Assembly (NCBI RefSeq): GCF_964030875.1
Contig: NZ_OZ034981.1
Span: 180,001-212,000, forward strand
Reading direction: 5' to 3'
Length of the DNA: 32,000 bases
DNA from: Candidatus Saccharimonadota bacterium
GTDB lineage: Bacteria; Bacteroidota; Bacteroidia; Flavobacteriales; Blattabacteriaceae
The position numbers and the translations under genes are program-made. Shown here piece after piece: positions 27,075 through 32,000 of the stretch (positions are counted from its first letter, which is position 1; every line of letters starts with the position of its first letter). The notes beneath the pieces are model-generated. The model did no database searches and was not told the DNA's origin. It saw nothing but the letters and a program-made list of their open reading frames with translations.

Positions 27075-28382
27075 ATGCATCCTATTATTGCTATAGTAGG
27101 TCGTCCTAATGTCGGAAAATCTACTCTTTTCAACCGGTTTTTAGGTAGTCGTGACGCCATTATAGATTCTATTAGTGGTGTTACACGAGATAGACATTAT
27201 GGCATTTTAGAATGGAACGGCCGTCTATTTACTGTTATAGACACGGGTGGTTATATTACTGATTCTAAAAATCAAAATAAATTTTTATCCGAAATCCAAA
27301 AACAGGTCGTTATAGCTGTAAAAGAATCTGATATAGTTCTTTTTATGGTAGATGTTAAATCAGGGATTATGGACGAAGATTATCAGGTAGCTAAATTATT
27401 ACGTGAATATCAGAAACCAATTCTTTTAGTTGTTAATAAAGTAGATAGCGTTAAATATATCCCGAAGACTCTAGAGTTTTATGCTCTTGGATTCGAATGT
27501 TATTATTGTATTTCAGCTATTAGTGGTAGTGGTAGTGGTGAACTCTTAGATAAACTTGTGACTATGCTTCAAAAAAGCTATACACAGGAATCCTGTTTGG
27601 AAACACTACCAAAAATAGCTATAGTAGGACGACCTAATGTTGGAAAATCGACCTTAATGAATACCTTATTAGGAGAGGAACGTCATGTGGTTACCGATAT
27701 TTCTGGAACTACACGTGATTCTATACAAGTTCACTATTCCCGTTTTGGGATAAAATGCATATTAATAGATACTGCTGGTATTCGTCAAAAATCTAAAGTT
27801 AGAGAAACTATAGAATTTTATTCTGTAATACGAGCGATACGTGCTATAGAAAATTCTGATGTTTGTTTACTGATGATAGATGCTCAAAGAGGATATGAAG
27901 TACAGGATTTGAATATTTTTCGTTTTATTGAAAAAAATAAAAAGGGGGTAATTATTCTAGTAAATAAATGGGATATGATCGAAAAAGATCATCATACACA
28001 CTTAGTGTATGAAAAGATAATTAAAAAAAATATAAGCAATGTAAAAGAGCTGCCTATTTTATTTATTTCATCTATTACAAAACAAAGAATTTCAAAAACT
28101 CTTGAAACTGCGTTGAAAGTATATAAGAATCGTTGGAAAAAAATAAAAACCAAATGTTTAAACGAACTAATGTTACCCATCATTCATGCTACGCCCCCCT
28201 GTTCCATTCTACATGTAAATATCAAGTATTGTACTCAGTTACCTACTAATACCCCGAAATTTTATTTTTTTACTAATAAACCTAAATATATAAAAGAAAA
28301 TTATAAACGTTTTATTGAAAACAAATTAAGAAAAAAAATTGATTTTAAAGGAGTTCCTTTGACTATTTATTTTAATAAATAA
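27075..28382 (+). CDS. der: ribosome-associated GTPase Der (EngA)
   Basis: The track ORF starts at 26988, but homology begins at MHPIIAIVGRPNVGKSTLFN (ATG 27075). It has two GTPase domains (the second P-loop is GRPNVGKSTLMN) and a KH-like C-terminus. Confidence 0.95.
   Translation: MHPIIAIVGRPNVGKSTLFNRFLGSRDAIIDSISGVTRDRHYGILEWNGRLFTVIDTGGYITDSKNQNKFLSEIQKQVVIAVKESDIVLFMVDVKSGIMDEDYQVAKLLREYQKPILLVVNKVDSVKYIPKTLEFYALGFECYYCISAISGSGSGELLDKLVTMLQKSYTQESCLETLPKIAIVGRPNVGKSTLMNTLLGEERHVVTDISGTTRDSIQVHYSRFGIKCILIDTAGIRQKSKVRETIEFYSVIRAIRAIENSDVCLLMIDAQRGYEVQDLNIFRFIEKNKKGVIILVNKWDMIEKDHHTHLVYEKIIKKNISNVKELPILFISSITKQRISKTLETALKVYKNRWKKIKTKCLNELMLPIIHATPPCSILHVNIKYCTQLPTNTPKFYFFTNKPKYIKENYKRFIENKLRKKIDFKGVPLTIYFNK
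28023..28052 (+). repeat. 30-nt dispersed direct repeat, copy 1 (inside der)
   Basis: aaaaaaaatataagcaatgtaaaagagctg is identical to 28472..28501. Here it is read as KKNISNVKEL. Confidence 0.95.
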
Positions 28383-28464
28383 GTAATACGTCTTTGTGTT
28401 ACGTTGTTTAGTTAAGTTTCGATTAGTACAAAGGTTTTTAATAATGAATCCTTAAAATCATTAT

Positions 28465-29583
28465 ATGATTGAAAAAAAATATAAGCAATGTAAAAGAGCT
28501 GTTCTTATCGGTCTGATTACTACAGAACAGGGAAAAAATAAATCTAAAGAATACTTGGATGAACTTAACTTATTAGCACAAACGGCAAATATAGAGGTCT
28601 GTGCTACTTTTTTTCAAAGAGTATGTAGATCGTATCCAAAAACATTTATCGGGGATGGAAAATTGCAAGACATCGTTGTATACGTAAAAAAACAGACCAT
28701 AGATACTATCATTTTTGATGATGAACTCTCTCCGACACAACTAAAAAATATTAGAAAATATATTGAATGTACTATTATCGATCGTACACAACTCATTCTA
28801 GATATTTTTTATAATCGTGCAAAGACTTACTATGCTCGTACTCAAGTAGAAATGGCACAATATCAATATATTTTATCTCGGTTAACACGTATGTGGACTC
28901 ATTTAGAAAGACAGCGTGGTGGTATAGGATTTCGTGGTCCAGGAGAAACTGAACTAGAAACTGATAGGAGAATACTACGTGATCGTATAGGCTACCTTCG
29001 TAGAAGACTCCTTAGTATTGACACACAAATGTTTATTCAAAGAAAACATCGGAATAAATTTATTAGGGTTGCTATTATAGGATATACTAATGTTGGAAAA
29101 TCGACCTTAATGAATATTCTTAGTAAGTCTACTGTTTTCATTGAAAATAAACTTTTTGCCACAGTAGATCCTACTGTAAGAAAAACAGTAATTGGTAATA
29201 TTCCCCTTTTAATAGCCGATACAGTAGGTTTCATCCGAAAATTACCCACCCTACTTATAAAATCTTTCAAATCTACACTAGATGAAGTCAGAGAATCCGA
29301 TATTTTACTTCATGTTATAGATATTTCTCATGAGAGTTTCGAAGAACATATCCATATAGTACGAGATACCTTATATGAAATAGGAATAATTGATAAACCA
29401 GTTATAATGGTCTTTAACAAGATTGATACTGTAAATAATCTTACATTCCAAGAGTGGAAACATAATTCCTGTCTTAAATATTCTAATAAAACTGTATTTC
29501 TTTCTGCTCAGATGGGTATAGGTATTTCAGAATTGAAAAAGATGCTTTTTAATAATCTAAAAATATTGCATAATCTACGCTAG
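28465..29583 (+). CDS. hflX: GTPase HflX
   Basis: 372-aa ORF. It has the HflX N-terminal domain (WTHLERQRGGIGFRGPGETELETDRR) and the G domain motifs GYTNVGKSTLMN, DTVGF and NKID. The stop TAG (29581..29583) lies in the first unit of a 15-bp array. Confidence 0.94.
   Translation: MIEKKYKQCKRAVLIGLITTEQGKNKSKEYLDELNLLAQTANIEVCATFFQRVCRSYPKTFIGDGKLQDIVVYVKKQTIDTIIFDDELSPTQLKNIRKYIECTIIDRTQLILDIFYNRAKTYYARTQVEMAQYQYILSRLTRMWTHLERQRGGIGFRGPGETELETDRRILRDRIGYLRRRLLSIDTQMFIQRKHRNKFIRVAIIGYTNVGKSTLMNILSKSTVFIENKLFATVDPTVRKTVIGNIPLLIADTVGFIRKLPTLLIKSFKSTLDEVRESDILLHVIDISHESFEEHIHIVRDTLYEIGIIDKPVIMVFNKIDTVNNLTFQEWKHNSCLKYSNKTVFLSAQMGIGISELKKMLFNNLKILHNLR
28472..28501 (+). repeat. 30-nt dispersed direct repeat, copy 2 (codons 3-13 of hflX)
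   Basis: This is the same 30 nt as 28023..28052. Here it is read in a different frame as (E)KKYKQCKRA(V). Confidence 0.95.
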
Positions 29584-29675
29584 ATATTACTACGCTAGAT
29601 ATTACTACGCTAGATATTACTACGCTAGATATTACTACGCTAGATATTACTACGCTAGATATTACTACGCTAGAT
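29576..29675. repeat. tandem array, 15-bp unit x 6.7, starting in the last codons of hflX
   Basis: tacgctagatattac starts at 29576, 29591, 29606, 29621, 29636 and 29651, all identical, plus a 10-nt partial copy at 29666. Every unit carries a TAG in the hflX frame. Confidence 0.97.
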
Positions 29676-29696
29676 TTCTCATTAGATAAGAATTTA

Positions 29697-30460
29697 ATGT
29701 TATCTAATCGATGTTTTCACTGTAATAAAGAAGTTGTAGAAAAAATAAAAGTTTTCTGTTTTCAGGGGTGTAAAAGCGTAGACGAAATTTTACATAAATA
29801 CAGATTAATCAGTCTCCAGTAATTTCTCATCAGTAGAAAAATATTTTCTTGATACCCATCAAATTAGTCGATTTTGATCATCAGGACGATTTTTTCTTCA
29901 GATTTTTTCTGACGACAATTCATTGTATATGGCTGTTGTAAAATCTAACCAACGTGGTACAATTTCATCCTGATGAAAAGATATTATTCATTCAACAGTA
30001 GATTTTTAAATAAAATTAAGTGAATTAGCCAATACTCTCATAGTGTTGAAACTTTTTTTTGCTAACACAATGTTATTAGCTTTTCCAGAATATTTGTGGT
30101 AAGACCTTTGGCTTGAAAAAAAGCAGCATTTATTAATGTTCTTTACCGGGAATATTCTATTCAGCTACGGATTTTTTAAAAACTGCCTCTCATGCTGTTG
30201 TCCTATATAGATATTCCTTGGGCATACTATCGCTTTTTTTTAGAAGTATTGACAGGTTTTGGTTCGGGATATTTCGACAGTCTTAGTGGACTGGGATATT
30301 TCGACAGTCTTAGTGGACTGGGATATTTCGACAGTCTTAGTGGACTGGGATATTTCGACAGTCTTAGTGGACTGGGATTTTTCATGTTGCTAGGACGTGT
30401 TTTTAAGATGATAACTTATCGTTATCTAGCTTTTGACAGAGATTATAAATCATTTAAGAA
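29697..30460 (+). pseudogene. ccoI: cbb3-oxidase-associated heavy-metal P-type ATPase (CcoI/FixI-like), N-terminal remnant only
   Basis: The ATG at 29697 gives MLSNRCFHCNKEVVEKIKVFCFQGCKSVDEILHKY...*, the CxxC ... FCxxGC N-terminus of this ATPase family. Later frame-shifted pieces are ANTMLLAFPEYLW* and ..GYFDSLSGL..FFMLLGRVFKMITYRYLAFDRDYKSF. The whole ATPase core (phosphorylation and nucleotide-binding domains) is absent. Confidence 0.75.
30266..30378. repeat. tandem array, 27-bp unit x 4.2, inside the ccoI remnant
   Basis: gggatatttcgacagtcttagtggact starts at 30266, 30293, 30320 and 30347, all identical, followed by gggat. It encodes GYFDSLSGL x4. Confidence 0.97.
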
Positions 30461-30464
30461 TTCT

Positions 30465-32000
30465 TTCGGTATGTTAGGTTATGGACGTTGGAGAATGCTT
30501 CATACTAATACCGTTGTTTTTGCTTTTGTAGTAAATATAATTTTTACAGGCTCTTACTATTCTTTACAACGTTTATTGAAAACAAGAATGTTCAGCGATG
30601 GATCAATTTTTATGGATGGCAACTTCTGATTGTACTCACCTGGATTACTTATCTACTGGGAATAAATACCAGTAAAGAATACGCTGAACACGAATGGCCA
30701 ATAGACATACTAATTGCTATAGTATGGTGTATTTACTACGGAAATATTATTGGTACACTCTTAAGAAGAAGAGTACAACATCTGTCTGTTTCAATATGGT
30801 TTTTCCTGGGTAGCTGTTCTCGTATTGCACATTTATTGCGATTCCTATAGCTCTTAACTCACTTAATAGCTATTCTATTTATGCCGTAGTGGTCCAATGG
30901 TGGTATGGTCCAATGGTGGTATGGGCACAATGCTGTGGCTTTTATTTTGACCACACCGATACTTGGGTTGATATCCCTAGGTAAAGCCTGTTTTCTCTTA
31001 TAAATTATCTATTATTCATTTTTGGTCACTAATTTTCGTTTATATCTGGGCAGGTCCTCATCATTTAATGTATACCTCTCTTACCGGTTGGGCACAGATG
31101 CTCAATGGTATAAAGTAAGAGAGAATCCAATCCGAAAATTTTTATCAGTGACCTGCTATGGAATGGCTACTTTCGAAGGTCCCATGCTGGCTACTAAGAC
31201 ATTAAATTCCATCGTACATTTTCCCGACTGGATAATTTCACATGTAGGAACTTTGGTATGGAACGTCTTTATGGCATTTGGAGTTATCTATTGGCTAGTT
31301 AAGCGATTATATTCTCCAACATTAGCGAATATCCATTTCTGTATGGTAACTATTGGGATAATTTTTTATGTCATTCCGCTTTATTGTGGAGCTGTTATAC
31401 AAGCTTCGATGTGGAAAGAATTCAATCCGTACGGAACACTTGTGCACAAAAATTTTCTTGATACTGTAACAGCTATAGTTCCTTTTTACAAACTTCGGTT
31501 GATAGGTGGTATACTGTATTTTACAGGAGTTGTCATAATATTTATCCGAATCGTCCGATTTATCGCAAATGAACCTGCATAAGCTGTTTCTTTAAGAGAT
31601 AATTTCAACAACATAAACTTTAAAAATCATCCCTGGATCCCTAACAAAAACCAATTAAGTTTACTATATTATCTATCATTGTAGTATCTATTGGAAGCAT
31701 AGTAGAAATCATCCCTACGTTAATAATTTAGATCTACAATATCAAGTGTTAAACCTTATAGTCCTCTAGAATTATAGGGGAGAGATCTTTATATCCGTGA
31801 AGGTTGTATCACAGACCATTCATAGATGAAGTAGTACGTTATGGTGAATATTCTAAAGCAGGTGAGTTTGTTTCTTTGGGGTTACAAACGTACAGGTCCC
31901 GATTTAGTAGATCCCAGTTCTTGGCATTTAAAACATATGTCTAACCCTAGATCTACTTATCCTGGATCTATTATGCCGAGATATCCTGGGTTGATATCCT
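30465..32000 (+). pseudogene. ccoN: cbb3-type cytochrome c oxidase subunit CcoNO (fused N+O form), disrupted; continues past window end
   Basis: CcoN-like pieces lie in several frames: GRWRMLHTNTVVFAFVVNIIFTGSYYSLQRLLKTRMFS, KEYAEHEWPIDILIAIVW, AVVVQWWYG(16-bp duplication)[35 protein letters not shown] and FPDWIISHVGTLVW (the histidine block is damaged). CcoO-like pieces follow after 31600: VKPYSPLEL.GRDLYIREGC..., RYGEYSKAGEF, KRTGPDL and SWHLKHM.NP. The heme CxxCH reads EGCITDHS*. The N-terminus is missing. Confidence 0.85.
30891..30922. repeat. 16-bp tandem duplication (ggtccaatggtggtat x2) inside ccoN remnant
   Basis: The copies are at 30891..30906 and 30907..30922 and are identical. Deleting one copy restores the conserved CcoN peptide AVVVQWWYGHNAVAFILTTP. 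Confidence 0.95.

Noticed and set aside
18727-30378. The tandem arrays as CRISPR arrays
   Set aside because: The units are strictly head-to-tail with no unique spacers between them. The units are 12-30 bp, no cas genes are present, and several arrays lie inside coding sequence.
30192-31582. ORFs 30192..30629 and 31022..31582 as intact genes
   Set aside because: The first is a deletion chimera of ccoI and ccoN fragments carrying the 27-bp array. The second is an internal ccoN fragment with frame-shifted entry, missing segments and a damaged histidine block.

Overview
This window is visibly AT-rich (roughly 30% G+C by eye, not computed), tightly packed and housekeeping-only. The protein types suggest a strongly reduced Flavobacteriales-type insect nutritional endosymbiont (Blattabacterium/Sulcia/Uzinura/Walczuchella-like). 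Those types are a ~1155-aa type-2 IleRS, a ccoI remnant followed by a fused ccoNO-type cbb3 oxidase remnant, korB, a U32 + ferredoxin pair and a retained leucine operon. That placement is inference only, since no search was possible. Apparently intact genes are leuB(partial)-leuD-leuC-leuA, tyrS, era, engB, aroQ, pth, an rluD-family synthase, a small ferredoxin, a U32-family protein, holB, leuS, mnmG, ybeY, korB, ileS, tsaB, prs, rplY, der and hflX. There are also five tRNAs (Phe-GAA, Arg-CCG, Cys-GCA, Asn-GTT, Pro-GGG). Four genes are clearly dead: rseP, a glutamate dehydrogenase, ccoI and ccoNO. I see no mobile element, CRISPR array, defence, toxin or secretion system, and no convincing novel multi-gene system. 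Four things are unusual. (1) There is a dense set of perfect short-unit tandem arrays (30, 12, 24, 15 and 27 bp units, 4-7 copies each) plus 9-bp and 16-bp two-copy duplications. They land inside an essential aaRS, on a stop codon, on a tRNA 5' end, in a divergent promoter region and in pseudogenes. Every multi-copy unit length is divisible by 3. (2) Two separate 30-nt stretches are identical between the neighbouring GTPase genes der and hflX, and one of them is read in different frames in the two genes. (3) The respiratory and nitrogen genes show datable decay lesions. (4) Several tRNAs have mismatched stems, and era carries an A15 tract. Standard genetic code (TGA, TAA and TAG all terminate full-length homologues).
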